Assembly (NCBI GenBank): GCA_951406725.2
Contig: OX597831.1
Span: 61,194,001-61,258,000 of the forward strand
Reading direction: 5' to 3'
Origin: Octopus vulgaris
Taxonomy: Eukaryota
DNA: 64,000 nucleotides
Positions 1 to 13,280 of the stretch are shown here, one piece after another (positions within the stretch are counted from its first letter, which is position 1; every line of letters starts with the position of its first letter). The position numbers were made by a program, and so were the translations under genes. The notes under the pieces are model-generated. The model saw only the letters and a list, made by a program, of their open reading frames with translations. It was not told the origin of the DNA and did not search any database.

Positions 1-630
1 GTTGCTGTTCTAGTTTTAGTTTGGATTTCATTTGTTTTATAGCTTTTGTTGTTTCTTCATCATCTTCTTCTTCTTCTTTGTGTTTATTAGGTGGTATGAT
101 TTCTTGTTTGTATTTGTCAGCTTCCTTAAATACTGAGAACAGTTTTTTGTTTTGCTCGTCTTTTGCTGCTATCTGGATCAGTTTTCCTTCCTTCTGAAGT
201 AGGTATTTTTGCAGTCCTATGGTGGTTATTTTATAGTAGTTTTCCAGCTGTATAAGGCCTCTACCACCTTCTATACGTTGTATATATAGTCTTTCTATGT
301 CAGATTTTGGGTGATGCATCCTAGATCCTATTCAGTATTTTTTCTTGTTTTCCTATCTATTTTGGACAGTTCATTTCGTGTCCAGTTAAGGATATTGTAG
401 CTGTAACTTATAACTGGGACAGCTAAAGTGTTGATACCTATTATCTTGTTTTTAGCATTGAGCTCTGTTTTTAGTATTGATCTAACTCGTCTATAATATT
501 CTTTTTTTATTTTCTGTTTCATTTGTGTGTGTTGTGTCTTATCTAGTTCATGGATTCCTAAGTATTTGTAAGTTTGGCTTTGGTCTAATTCTTTTATTTC
601 ATTGGTTTTATCTAGTGTGATGTTGTTACT
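1..630 (-). mobile_element. R4/Dong-clade non-LTR retrotransposon fragment (RT C-terminus/thumb)
   Basis: ORF 328-654(-) reads YKYLGI...KKEYYRRVRSILKTELNAKNKIIGINTLAVPVISYS...W...L.KIDRKTRK and continues past a disruption as GGRGLIQLE. This is the typical R4/Dong thumb. It abuts a (TAA)n tract. Confidence 0.85.
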
Positions 631-665
631 TATTATTATTATTGTTATTATCATTGTTATTGTTA

Positions 666-715
<50 letters not shown>

Positions 716-870
716 GTTATTGTTATTGTTATTATTATTATTATTGTTATTGTTATTGTTATTGGTATTATTATTATTGTTATTGTTGTTGCTATTGTTA
801 TTATTATTATTATTATTACTTGTAGTAGTGGTGGTGGTGGTGGTGGTGGTGGTAGTAGTAATAGTAGTAT
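630..870. repeat. Compound trinucleotide microsatellite (TAT/TGT)n followed by (GGT)n
   Basis: Directly visible. Explains the poly-I, poly-L and poly-N ORFs. Confidence 0.95.
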
Positions 871-2019
871 GAAGAGCTGGCAAAAACATTAGAGCGTCAG
901 AAGAATGCCGTGCGGGATTACTTCGTTACGCTCTCAATTCCAGTACATCTGAGGCAAACGTTACCATTCCTCCATCCGTTGTCGATAGAATGGGTCATTA
1001 GTGAGCTGGTTGATTCGGTGTAATCAACTGAATCTTCTCCGAAATTGCTTCCGTTGTGCCTAAATTAAATCAATTATTAATATTGCTGTTGCTGTTAATA
1101 CTATTTTGTTATTAATTATTCATATTTCAATTACGAGTATTTACTCCGTTATGTGCTGCTTTGTGTGCTTTGGGAGGGAGTAATAGTTTTTTTTTTTTCT
1201 TGTCTTATGTTCAGAATAGTCTACGTAATATGAGTGCGATGCGTACTTTTGTTTTTTTTTTTTAATGCAGTTCATATTCGATTCGGGGTCTTGGCGTTTT
1301 GGCTCTGTATTTAATCATCATATATAACACATTGATCCTTTTTGCAGATCCCTTCTTTGACTTATCTTCTTGCAGATGTTGATATAATTATTGTTATTCT
1401 TCAACAGAAAGTAACGATTTTGTGTATACTTTTCATTAGTAATTTAACTAATTCCTTCTGTTGCCTTTTGTTTGGAATTAAGCAGCCATTGGATGCACCA
1501 TGTTACCTATTTTAGCCCCCATAAAGAAAGCATTTCGTTTTTTATTTCTTTTATTGTTTAGTTTTCAAATGCTTCGGTAATGATAAAAATGACACTTAAT
1601 ACTATTATGGAAGGAACAGAAAAAAAGATAGACTGTGATGATGCTCTAACTCATTCAAACAGAGTATAACTACTTTGTTACGTTACAGCAGTCAACAACG
1701 TCAGTAATGCCAGCCATGCAACGACCACTCCAAGCAAAACTAGCGACAGAAATGTTTAAAATGCTTGAGTTATTGATAATATCATTTTAGTTTGTAGAAA
1801 CTTAACGGCTTCTACCTCAACCACTAATGCAATGTTTAAAGCAATCGGTATCAGCTTCAGCAACGACAGCAATAACAGAACCAGCAGCAGGATTTCATTA
1901 AGATCACAAACAACAGTAACACTAGCAAAAAAAATAACAATTTCACGGCTAACCCCACAAATTCTACCGCCACCAGTAACTGCAAATTCAGTAATAGCTG
2001 TGATCTTCACTCTAAAATG

Positions 2020-2530
2020 ATAGTCAGCACAAATAATAGAGACCAGTTAACAAGACAATTGAGGACTTAATGCCAAGAGAATTACACTGTCAAAATCGAG
2101 GGACAAAACACCAATATCCCTTCCAGATGATAAGCTATTGAAAGGGAACTGGAAAGCTCATGTAAAATTGCATTTCTCTGAATCTTTAAAATTTTAAAGA
2201 CCTTTTGAAAATATCGACTCTAAGGTGCACTCCAGGATAATATCATTTTGTGTCGCACACTAAAGCAGGATGATGCCACAATAATTTTCCAAATAACAGT
2301 AGAATGTGGGTGAAGATTGTTCATCACCAGATGCAGTTCAAGGTAAACAATGTAGGGATATGTCTGTGACATGCCGCTTTTACCAATACATGCAATCATT
2401 GCACGAAATACAGGTTTACTTGATATTTGCAGACACTGGACAAAGATGCTGTAGTTCTTCCTGTACAAATTATTTAAGAGATTTGTGTCCAATAGTAAAG
2501 AGAAGATTGCGAAAACAGTATTAAATAGCA
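2020..2530 (+). mobile_element. Possible highly decayed LINE ORF1-like coding remnant
   Basis: Fragmented reading frames ending in a Cys-rich knuckle-like stretch (QRCCSSSCTNYLRDLCP), followed by low-complexity A/C-rich sequence. No diagnostic motif is intact. Confidence 0.25.
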
Positions 2531-4001
2531 ACAAGGAAAGGGATACACATTAAGAAGTCGTGCTTGGAGCAAAGACGACAAGAATCACTGATGAACGCTC
2601 AAGAATTTGGCGAGTCAGAAAACACAGCCAACAAGTCTGCCACCGCAAGAACAACAAGAGCAACAACACAACTAAATAATACTCCCTCTTACAGAAACAA
2701 CATCCAACCAACACATAACTTCATTAAAAGAAGCAAAAGAAATAACAACAGAGACAGCAAATATCAAACCAGGGTCTATTAGGAAACCATAAAATAGAAG
2801 AAAACAAGAAAATCAACGACGCTGTAACAACCTTAGAAAAACACCAAGTCAAAGACGACTAGACTAGAGAGAAGCGACACCAACAGCAATAAGAACAACG
2901 ACAGAAGCAACATCTATATCCAATCAGAGAACAACGAACTGCTTCTCAACTATTTTACAAAAGTACAGCACCCTATAAGAAACTTTCGAAAACAGCACTT
3001 AGGCAACAATAACATTTCTATTCACTATTAATACATTCTGGTTTACTCATCAGAGAACACCTCTTCCATTTAGACAATGTGTGTCCACCAGTGAAGTGCA
3101 TAAGCATCAACCAAAAGGAAAAGCTCTTTCTCCGATGAGAAAAACAAGATATTCACGTCCGAATCTACCAGAACTGCAATGAATAACGATACCTTATTCT
3201 TTTATTCATGCTTTTCTTCTGTGTCCTGTGAATTATTTGTTTGGCAGACATCAGTACACACATAGTATGCTTGCTACAAATAAGTGCGCGTGTTCTTTTT
3301 AGTTTCATCTGTTCAGTGGGTTAGCGTTTTCAAAGTTACTCTCGAGGGTTCTACAAAATATTAAGGAGGACAGCAACAATAAGTTAATTAGGATGAATAA
3401 ACCAGCACCACGTTGACGTGCTTGCTTTGTAACACTGCAAAGAGTAAAGCAAAGTACAATACGTACATCTATCGCCGAAATACTTGCAGCTTCGCTTTTT
3501 CGTGTGTGTATCACCTTTTGTCAAAACTAACTGCTACACATATTTTGTATTTCATTTCATTGTGTGCGCTTGCCACTGTGTATTCATTTGTGTATATATG
3601 TGTATGTATATGTGTATATGTGTCTATGTATATGCATAATTCAGCAATAAATATTAATGAAATTCAGCAAGAATGACATCAGCCAGACATTATATCAGTC
3701 TTAACAGACAAATATTATGTAAATATTTTGTGATGACAGTTGAATAAGAATAAATATATCTAAAAAAAAGGTAATTATGGAAGCTGTGTATTTCATGATT
3801 ATCCTCTGCATTACTATCTGCTTTATATTTTGATATTTGAATGGATGTGTAGTTGAAAAAATTCGATTCTAGATTCGATAAATTTGCGCAGGTGAGCAAA
3901 ATTTTATGATATATGTTCGCGAGGAAGAATACTTTCTGAGAGAAAATTGGTTGATGTAAACGATGTGGAAGCTCGTTGAGCACACACTCCCACCCACTCA
4001 A

Positions 4002-4039
<38 letters not shown>

Positions 4040-4047
<8 letters not shown>

Positions 4048-4384
4048 ATGTAGGAATGGTCATTTTGCCAGTTTAGCCAATAAAAACACACGCACTATAT
4101 ATTTGGTGTTACTTTGCTTCAGCGTTATTTATTTTTTACATTAACCTTAATCTTATTTCGGCCAGGGTCCTTTCGTCATACTCCTGTGACCTCATCAGTG
4201 ATCCTTTGCTTTCTTCTTTCTTATTTATGTGTCTCTCCTTTCTAATGGTCAGCCATTTTGCATTTTGTATTTTTATTGCATTGTCTTCATTTGCGCATGC
4301 GTATACCTCTATGTCTGTCTATGTATAGTTAGTGTGTGTGTGGGGGGAAGTGCCTGTAATATTTTCACATCAAAAATCTTGCAA

Positions 4385-4390
<6 letters not shown>
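4040..4390. repeat. Dispersed repeat (second copy at about 27798-28070) carrying a hammerhead-like core
   Basis: 4194-4390 matches 27798-28070 in direct orientation. 4040-4085 is the reverse complement of about 27978-28025. A CTGATGA...GAAA core lies on the - strand at 4156-4198. Confidence 0.7.
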
Positions 4391-4462
<72 letters not shown>

Positions 4463-6675
4463 GAGAGAGAGATTAGAAAACTGCATGAGAAAGGAAATTA
4501 TAAGAATTTAATAAGATTTTATGTTGTTGATATGCGGAGCAATCTACATTGGTGTCTCCTAATGGACCCTTTCGCACACCCTATATTTTTTCCCCAGTGC
4601 ATGTCATACAGTTTTGATCGATAATATAAAAGAGTCATAAATCGAGTTATTGTCATAGTCTATAGTATAATTCATATGTTTGTGCCTTTAATGGACTGTT
4701 TTTAAATAAAAAGTATATTCTTATGAGCAACACAACCTAAACCAGTTAGACTGATATAAATTGAAATAATTCGAAAGCATTACTGTAATAGGAATTAAAT
4801 ATGATTTGAAATACTTTAATATAAAGCACATGAATATTTTTCTGATATTGGGGAAGGAAATTGAATATATTTTCATTAAAGTACAATCTCTATCTGCGAA
4901 ACGCTTTTCCGGAGATTCGCCCATGTTTTCCGCACATCAAAATCTTTAAAGGATTTGCTCATGTTTTTATAATTTTCTCTCATAGCTAACCAGGTCTTCT
5001 ATGTAATTTATTTCACCCCGAAGAATATCTATCTAGATATAGATATTTCTGTATCGCTTTCTGTGTATGTATGTTTGTGTGTGTGTGTTTGTGTAAGCAT
5101 GTGTGTGTGTCTGTATGCAGCGATGAAAACCAAATATCTGGCGCTTTTCAAACGAATATGCTTGCTGTCAAAAATATTGTATCCTGTTGGCTGCCCGTGA
5201 CCAGCAGTACTGTTGCACATCAACTGTGATATGAAATACTTAATAAATTACAAACATATCATCAGAATTCTATACACGGTTAAATATTATAGAATCCAAT
5301 TATATTCAAAAGGATGCATAAATGAATCTATTGCAGCATGGCAATAACGATTTTTGTTTCAATTTACAGATTAGTACTCACATAAATTGTGAGTAACATT
5401 GAAAACTTACTGCAGATTTTCTACTGTAACTATGCAAAAGATATATATCACAGTTTCCCTAAATTGTAAAAACAACTAATTAACAAAGCTTCCACGAGAT
5501 CGTTCAACTGCTAGAACTTGTAACCAAATCACCTCCAATTACATCTGCCCGTCTTAATAAAAATGGAAGCTTGTATTAAGTAATATGTTTCCAAAGCTCT
5601 CCTCTTGAAAATAAGGTGTTACAAGATTTTTTGTTACTGAAATGCATCTGTATATACGTTTACGTAATTAAGGATAACCTAAAATCAAATAACAGCAAAA
5701 TGTTTTAGTGAACTGCCTACGTTTTCATCAATAAATACATGTGTTAATATGAAGATGCACGATTTGGTAAATCTGTATAAAATAATTCGGTTTAGAAAAC
5801 ACAATGCACAAGCGAAAAGAGAAAGCTACAAGTATTTCTGCAAAAGTTAATCTCCGTTATAAATATGAACTTTCGGAGATCATTAAATAATACCATGTCT
5901 TCTAACCATAGAATCAAGAATGGCTCATTGTATATTTTTATCAACATAACTTAACATTCATCTAAGGAATCAAGATGAATATTTTATTTAGTTTACCTGC
6001 TTGTGAGTAAAGTGATGTAAATATCGTTTAAGCATTCCTAGACAAAAACAATAGGTTCTCATTCCATAATATTTGTGCCTTCAACTGAGTTATCACTTCA
6101 TAATCAAAACGTAGTTCTATTTCCTAATAAATTTAATTACGAGGTTGCCTAAACGTGTATATTTAAGTTGCTCGAGATCGCATGCAAATCTTCCTCAGTT
6201 TCAGGATACACTAAAAAATCGGGACCGACACATTGGATGATATAACCCTACATGTACAAAAAGTAAGGCGAATCATACTTGGAATATATAACCATAATAT
6301 CAGTCATATCAGAAATTTTGGTAGATGTAAGCGTAAATTGCGTCGCTACGTCTATCAGATTAGTATTTCATTTTAACTACCCTGGAAGAACGGAAGGCAC
6401 AAATAACTCCGGTGAGTCTTTGAACAGAACGTAAAAAAAACTGTAATAAATACCGCATGTAATTGTCACACATCCTAAAAATTCTAAAGCTCTACAATCA
6501 ATTATATTTCTAGTTTGGGCACAAGAGCTGAAATGTGTCTGGGAGGGAGCTCATTTGGTGCTTATTTTATTGACTCTGAAAACGGGAAAAGCAAAGTCGA
6601 CTTCGGCACGTAGAGAACTGAACGAAAAGCCGCTAAGCAATTTGTCCGACGCGCTAAAGATTCAGCCAGTTCATC

Positions 6676-6760
<85 letters not shown>

Positions 6761-6774
6761 TACTTATAATAATA

Positions 6775-6809
<35 letters not shown>

Positions 6810-6814
6810 AAAGA

Positions 6815-7733
6815 GCTCTGTTGTCTTGATTGACAATCTGACTAGAGATCGTGTTTCCATAAAAATACCAGGGTACATATGAAAACAGGTACTGTTTTAG
6901 TCTTCAGGTTCCACATTTTGCTAATTTCTATTTCAAGATCTTTATATTTGCTCAATTTTTGGTAGGTCTTGACAGATACGTTTATATCGAATGGGACAGT
7001 CATATCAATGAGCAGGCATTATTTTGGTCTGAATTCTTTCAATATGATGTCTGGCCTATTCGCATCTATCTTTCTGTTAGCTTGAATGGCGAAGTTGCAG
7101 AGGAGTGAGATGTGATCATTTTCAAGTACTGGAGGCGGTTTTTATGAAGGGTAAGTCCATGCTTTTGCAAATTACCCAGTGAATACATTGTGCAGCTCTA
7201 TCATGAGATACTCTATAAACGCAAGAAGACTGCACTTGGAGATTACATGATCGATGGTTTCATTTGGTTGTTGACATATACGACATGTTGTGCTATTGCC
7301 GTTCTTTACTATGTTGGCTTGGTAGTTCCTTGTAGGTAGGCATTGATCTTGAGCTGCTATGATAAACCCTTCTGTTTCAGATTTTAAGCGAGAAGCCATT
7401 AGCCATTGATGGGTCAAGGCTTTGTCAACATCGGCATTATTCGCTCTCTTTGGGTATTTGCCACTGAGAGATTTTTCTTGCCACTTATCAGTCATAATAT
7501 CTAAGGCAGCAGTTTTAGCACGGGTTTTCATGCGCTTAGCTTTTTCTGAGCTTGCTTCAAGTATGTCTAACTCCAGAATTTGTAGTATTTGGAATTCACT
7601 TAGATATTCCTTTGCCTGTTTTGTTACTGAGTATGATGCTTTCTTGTTTTCATGTTTTGAGACAAGTTTTAACATCCAGTTCTCAGAGTTTTTCAAGTAG
7701 GTGTCTAGGACATTTCTGGCCTAGACACATACC
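6815..7733 (-). mobile_element. R4/Dong LINE 3' fragment (CCHC finger plus restriction-like endonuclease)
   Basis: ORF 7172-7696 contains WL...LKSETEGFIIAAQDQCLPTRNY and CRIC...ETIDHVISKC. Downstream frames give NRPDII, LIDMTVP and [15 protein letters not shown] (PD-(D/E)xK type). Flanked by (TAA)n/(TGA)n tracts. Confidence 0.9.
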
Positions 7734-7796
<63 letters not shown>

Positions 7797-7959
7797 GTGG
7801 CTGTGTGGTAAGTAGCTCGCTAACGAACCACATGGTTCTGGGTTCAGTCCCACTGCGTGGCACCCTGGGCGAGTTTCTTCTTCTATAGCCTCGGGCCGAC
7901 CAATGCCTTGTGAGTGGATTTGGTAGACGGAAGCTGAAAGAAGCCCGTCGTATATATGC

Positions 7960-8000
<41 letters not shown>

Positions 8001-8095
8001 CAAAGAATAAGTCTTGAGGGTCGATTTGGTCGACTAAAGGCATTGCTCCAGCATGGCCACATTCAAGTGACTGAAACAAGTAAAAGTGTAAAGAG
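7797..8095 (+). mobile_element. tRNA-derived SINE with internal (TA)n; related pieces at about 23240-23570, 31160-31400, 35175-35525, 36290-36560, 51060-51260 and 58340-58560
   Basis: Pol III A/B-box-like head (TGGCTGTGTGGTAAG...GGTTCAGTCCC) and a shared tail (GCTCCAGCATGGCC...ACTGAAACAAGTAAAAG) recurring on both strands. Confidence 0.8.
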
Positions 8096-8099
8096 TATC

Positions 8100-8169
<70 letters not shown>

Positions 8170-8194
8170 TAATAACAATAATAATAATAACAAC

Positions 8195-8226
<32 letters not shown>

Positions 8227-8439
8227 TGATAATAATAATAATAATAATAATAATATATTCAGGAGGGGGAGAATCTGGGATGAGGAGGAGGAGGGTATTG
8301 AGAGGAGGAAGGAGGGGTATTGAGAGGAGGGTGAAAATGAGGAAGAGCTGATGGTGGTAGAAGAGAAGGAGGAGGAGGAGGAGGAGGAGGAGGAGGAGAA
8401 GGAAGAGGAGGAGGATGACAAGAAGAAGAAGAAGAAAAT

Positions 8440-10720
8440 TTAGTGAGATCAAGAAGTAATTATAAGAACTAACGGATCTTAATCTTATGATTACCAACAT
8501 CCGATTCGAAAATGAGGAAAATGATATTTTCGTCGCTAACCAGAACATAATTACCAAATTTGAAGTAAAAGCAAATAGAAGCATGCAAGAGTGTAATTGC
8601 AAACAGCCTTAATGACTGTCAACTAGAGATCTTTGACAAATTGAAATAGAAACGGAAGGAGTGAGATGCCTTAGAATCAATTAAGTAGGGGACAGTGGCT
8701 CGAATAAAGTTTAAAAGAAATAATATGAAAAGTGAACAGCGTCATTGATACAAATTATCTGTAAAAAAACATTGATGTCACTAACACACTACTATGGAGT
8801 GTTAATGCTGTTGCAAAAATTGTTAGAGAAAATGAAAGGGCTAAAAAAGGATTAGCAGATTATCGTGGTGGAAAAGACTGGTGTCAATAAATATTAGCAA
8901 GCTTAGGAAAGATATAAGTGAACTTGTACAGTTGAATCTGGGAAATTTTAAGAAAGAAAGAGGGAAAATTAGATTAAGGGAATGTATCTGGTAAAGAGCA
9001 TAGGATCTGGGACAATATTCGAAGAGCTAAAGCAGAAAGTAAAAGACAAGATACTTAAATTAGAAATTATATAGGAAAAACAAAAACTAATGTAAGCATA
9101 ATCATTTTTTTTTCTTCTTTAAAATCAATCCATTTGTTTGATATCATTGTAAGAATCAAAAGAAAAAACTTAAAATTGAACTCTAAAAAAAATATGCTAT
9201 TTGGGGAGAAATTTGGGGAAAATATTTGACACATTTATAAAACACAAGCACTATGACCCGGGTCATAGTGCTAGTGCATGCATATATAGCTGCGTGCGTG
9301 CGCACATACATGCGAGTACCGTCCAAATCTCCGACCAATCAAATACAGCTAGCTGGCATTCAATTGGCATATCAAGTTTCAGGCATATTGATTGGGTTTT
9401 GGATAGAAAATTCACCAAAAAGTCACTTCTATTGATTTTTTAATGGATTTGCGGGGTGACTGGGGAAATGTAAAGATGTGCACGACCAACCTTGGACGGT
9501 TTTGAATGACCCTCTAACTGAAAAATTGTGGATTTGTATAAAGGACACACACACAGACAGACATTTTGCCGTTTATATGTATAGAGACGATGGGTAAAGC
9601 AAATAGAAAAAAATTCTGCTGAAAATGTTGAGATACAGATTCAACCCCAAAGCAGATTCGAAACTAATTGAATATAGTAAGAAACTGGAAAACTGCTTCA
9701 CTAGACATTGTCCGTAGTTAGTGGTTGAGAGATTTTACACATCTTGAAACCGTAATTACACAGCTAAATAAATTTATGTCAAAAGGAAACTGTACCTTTC
9801 TGATTAAGAAAATGAGCACTTTACCTGGTATTAAAACAGATTGGAAAGAATCATTGCTTTCTATTTCTAATCAATTATATGTCAACTACTTATAAGCAAA
9901 CCCTGAACATATTAATTACAGAAGCGGTGTACCGATATTTTTATCAGAAGCATCTGATTCCTGATAAGCAGAATGGCTATTGGTGAAAAGAACAAGAGAA
10001 TGATTGAGAAAATATCGATCGATCTGGTGGGCTTGAAGAATTGTAGATAAAGAATGACAATTTCATGCATCTAGTGGATCAACTATAGTAAAGTATATGA
10101 TCAAGTCCTAATGTCGGTGGTGATGCATCGTCTAGAACTGTTCAAAATCTCAAAGAAGGTTAAATGACAATTGGAAACTTTCACTCTGGCGTTAATATCT
10201 GGAGGAGAAAGGTTACCAGAGGCACAGATTAGAAGAATTGTTCAAATTTGTTGCGTCAATCCTATTATATTTGCAACAGCACTGATCTCTTTCTCGATTA
10301 CACTAAAAAACCTAAAAGGATATACAGCAGAAAATGATAGGGTTATTATAAATGGGTTTATTATTATATAACAAAATAAATTGGATTCTGTCGTGCAAAC
10401 CTGAGGATCATTTCGTAATGACGTTTGTATAAGAAGTGTATTCAAGAAATGAGCTATGGTAGAGAGGAAAGGAAAGAAAATCATAAAAACAACAACTCGA
10501 ATGGATTAGAATATAAAATCATTAATTTTAGACGAAACGTAAATAAATATCTGAGAATCACAAGAAAAATGAAATGAAATGAAAAACTAAAAGTACAGAA
10601 ATTAAAGAAACCATCAGTAAAGAATATTTTCGTTGAGTGAAGATATTCAAATTCAAATTATAATGCTTCTCGAATCCGCTTTTCGTTCCAATGTCCTTAT
10701 GAAATATTCTTAAGTTTTGC
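8440..10720 (+). mobile_element. Old, heavily degenerate R4/Dong LINE (N-terminal region through RT)
   Basis: Remnant motifs SKLRKDISEL (about 8900) and WINYSKVYDQV (about 10075-10108; compare WIDYKKAYDSVPH), with many stops and frameshifts. Follows a (TAA)n tract. Confidence 0.55.
9245..9587 (-). mobile_element. Non-autonomous Helitron-like element nested in the Dong fragment
   Basis: The - strand starts TCTCTATACATATAAACGGCAAAATGTGTCTGTCTGTG. The other end is the palindrome AGCACTATGACCCGGGTCATAGTGCT with an adjacent CTAGT. Confidence 0.55.
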
Positions 10721-11759
10721 TCGAAAGAATCCAATTTATTTTGTCATATAATAACAAACCTATTGCTAATAACCCTATCATTTTCTTCTGGATATAATGT
10801 AGGGAAATATAATACGAGCCTGGATGACATTGTCCTTAATAAGATATTGAGTGGAATCTATTGAGTAACTGAAATATATCCGCTTAGAACAGAGGTAGTA
10901 GCACAAATGTGGACTGTTTTTACTGGAAAATAAGAGGAAAATACACTTGTACTTAAAGATTGAATTGGTTTATATTTCACAGCGTATTACACCATAGAAC
11001 AAATTTGCATATTAATACTACTAATATCGATACTGAGGTTATTGTATAATTATTGCACATTTCAGCAATTATTTATACCGTTGCATTAAAAAATATATTG
11101 TAGTACTAAAATAAACAAAACACGCTTTGCTAAATTATACAAGTATTCACACTCCTGTGTCCTATTTTCATCCTGGATTTCTCTCTTCTCACTCTCATGC
11201 ATTTACTTTCTATCTCTCTCTCATTGTCCTTCTCTCCCTCTCTCTCTATCTATCTATCTCTCTATCTTCTATCTATCTCTCCTTCTCTCTACCTCTCTCT
11301 CTCTCTCTCACTATGTCTCTGTCCTATATAATAATTATAAGAGTTACACACTACATATATTATGCATTTATTTCTGCATTTAATTATTGGGAATTAAGCG
11401 AGAAAAATTCAGTCTTTTTATCAAATTTTGGATTGATGCTACTTTGTAGCTGTTAATTTGTCTCATTTTAGTAGCAACAATTTTAGCTGTTTTTTTTTTT
11501 TTTAATAAATGTATTGGTTCTGACACCCAGAAATACCCTCGAATGCATCTCAACTCTCTCACTAGTCTCCAGAGAATTCTCCCCTTGGTGAGTCAATAAA
11601 ATGGTTTATATAATTTTAATATTAATTTGCTTCTAGTCGTGCTGTTTCTGTATAAAATTGGGGAACCTATTTAAATAACTAATATTTTGAATTTGATAAA
11701 CGTTGTGGATCGAAAAATAGTTACAGCATAGAAACATTTTTTACTATGTAAAACATTAT

Positions 11760-12072
11760 CACGTAATCACGTGACCGACCAGACCATCAGATGTTGCTAC
11801 ACATCGCTGGTCACAATGCGCTCATGTAATTGATAGACTAGCCTTCGAATGACGCCACCCCGCTGGCTAAGCGAGCAGGCCAACAGAAGAAAGAGTGAGA
11901 GAAAGTGTGGTGAAAGAGTACAGCAAGGATCACCCCCCCCCTGCCGGAGACTCGTGGAGCTTTTTAGGAGTTTTCGCTCAATAAACACTCACAACGCCCG
12001 GTCTAGGAATCGAAACCGCGATCCTACGACCGCGAGTCCGCTGCCCTAACCACTGGGCCATTGCGCCTCCAC
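11760..12072 (-). mobile_element. Full-length tRNA-derived SINE with 14-bp target-site duplication
   Basis: TSD ATGTAAAACATTAT at 11746-11759 and 12073-12086. tRNA-like head on the - strand (TGGCCCAGTGGTTAGGGC...GGTTTCGATTCC). Truncated copies of its tail at about 26075-26190 and 50840-50960. Confidence 0.9.
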
Positions 12073-12994
12073 ATGTAAAACATTATAGATCATGTAATTG
12101 ATAGACTAGCTGTAGATGTATGACATACCTACTATATCGTACAAAAAACTTTGTTTGTTTTTCAAATTTTAAATGTGTGAACTCAGCTATTTGATGTGTG
12201 TCGTATAATATATGTAGGTACAGGCGTACGGTACGTGGGACTAAAGACCGGATTTTTTAAAAAAGGCTTAAGTATGCCCTTCCTTTCTCTTCATCTTTCC
12301 TTTGTATTTATTAATTCTTACATCTTATTTATTATTCTGGCACTCTTTTCTATAAACTCATTCACTCTACTTTTTTCTACTGTTTCATGTCAGGTCTGTA
12401 AAATAAGTATTAGAGACCTTCCGGGAACACCATTTCATAATAACTCTACCCTTCCCGCTCTTATAAGATACCTAGGGATATTTGTGGTTACCGTTATTTA
12501 CTCCAGCTTCATCTTGGATCGAAATAACATACTATTAAATGATATTCATTTCAACTACATTATATCGTACTTTGTCAGACTCAGTGTCTCTTGAGATACA
12601 TTATCCAATAGTACTGTATTTTTCCGAAGATGGTAACATGATTTGAAGAAGACTAAACTATTATTCATAGCTAATCAAACAACTATGTGGACGCCTTCAT
12701 TAAGCCCAATCACCATGTTAGGTTCCAGTGACAAGTAAATTATATATTTACCAACTGTATGCTCGCAAAGAAGAATGATAATAAAAGAATGGCTGTAGAC
12801 AGTTGAGGTAATTGTATTTACTATTTCTACTGGCTTATGAGGAGAAAGAGAGAGAGAGGGAGAGAGAAAGAATAAGAGAGAGAGAGAGAGAGAGAGTGAG
12901 TTATGCATCCTAAATATTTACAGGTCAGTGTGTGCCAGAAACTTGAGCATAAAAGAAATTGGAGTCAGCTGTACATATTTGCAGTGTAGTTTGA

Positions 12995-13280
12995 AGTGTA
13001 TTCCTTCTCGAGCCATGCCTAGCTCATAAGGGCCAGTTTCGTGGTTTCCGTGGCGTATAGGTTCCCCACCTGGACAGGAGGCCGGTCCGTCCCAGGTAAG
13101 CTGCAAGATGCAGGAGGAAAGTGTGAGAGAAAGTTGTGACGAAAGAGTCAGCAGAAGTTGGCCATTACCTTCTACCGGAGCCGCATGAAGCTTAGGTGTT
13201 CCGCTCATAAACACACACATCGCCCCCGCTATCCTTCGACCGCGAGTCCGCTGCTGTAACCACTAGACCATGTGCCTCCA
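12995..13280 (-). mobile_element. tRNA-derived SINE with 13-bp target-site duplication
   Basis: TSD CAGTGTAGTTTGA at 12982-12994 and 13281-13293. Head related to the 11760 SINE, tail related to the 37.2 kb SINEs. Confidence 0.85.

Noticed and set aside
602-892. Homopolymer and dipeptide ORFs (poly-I/L/N, YI, CV, SL, ER) here and across the window
   Set aside because: They are translations of microsatellites, with no splice or homology support.
11995-12072. tRNA gene
   Set aside because: The tRNA-like sequence is a SINE head, continuous with the SINE body and enclosed by a TSD.
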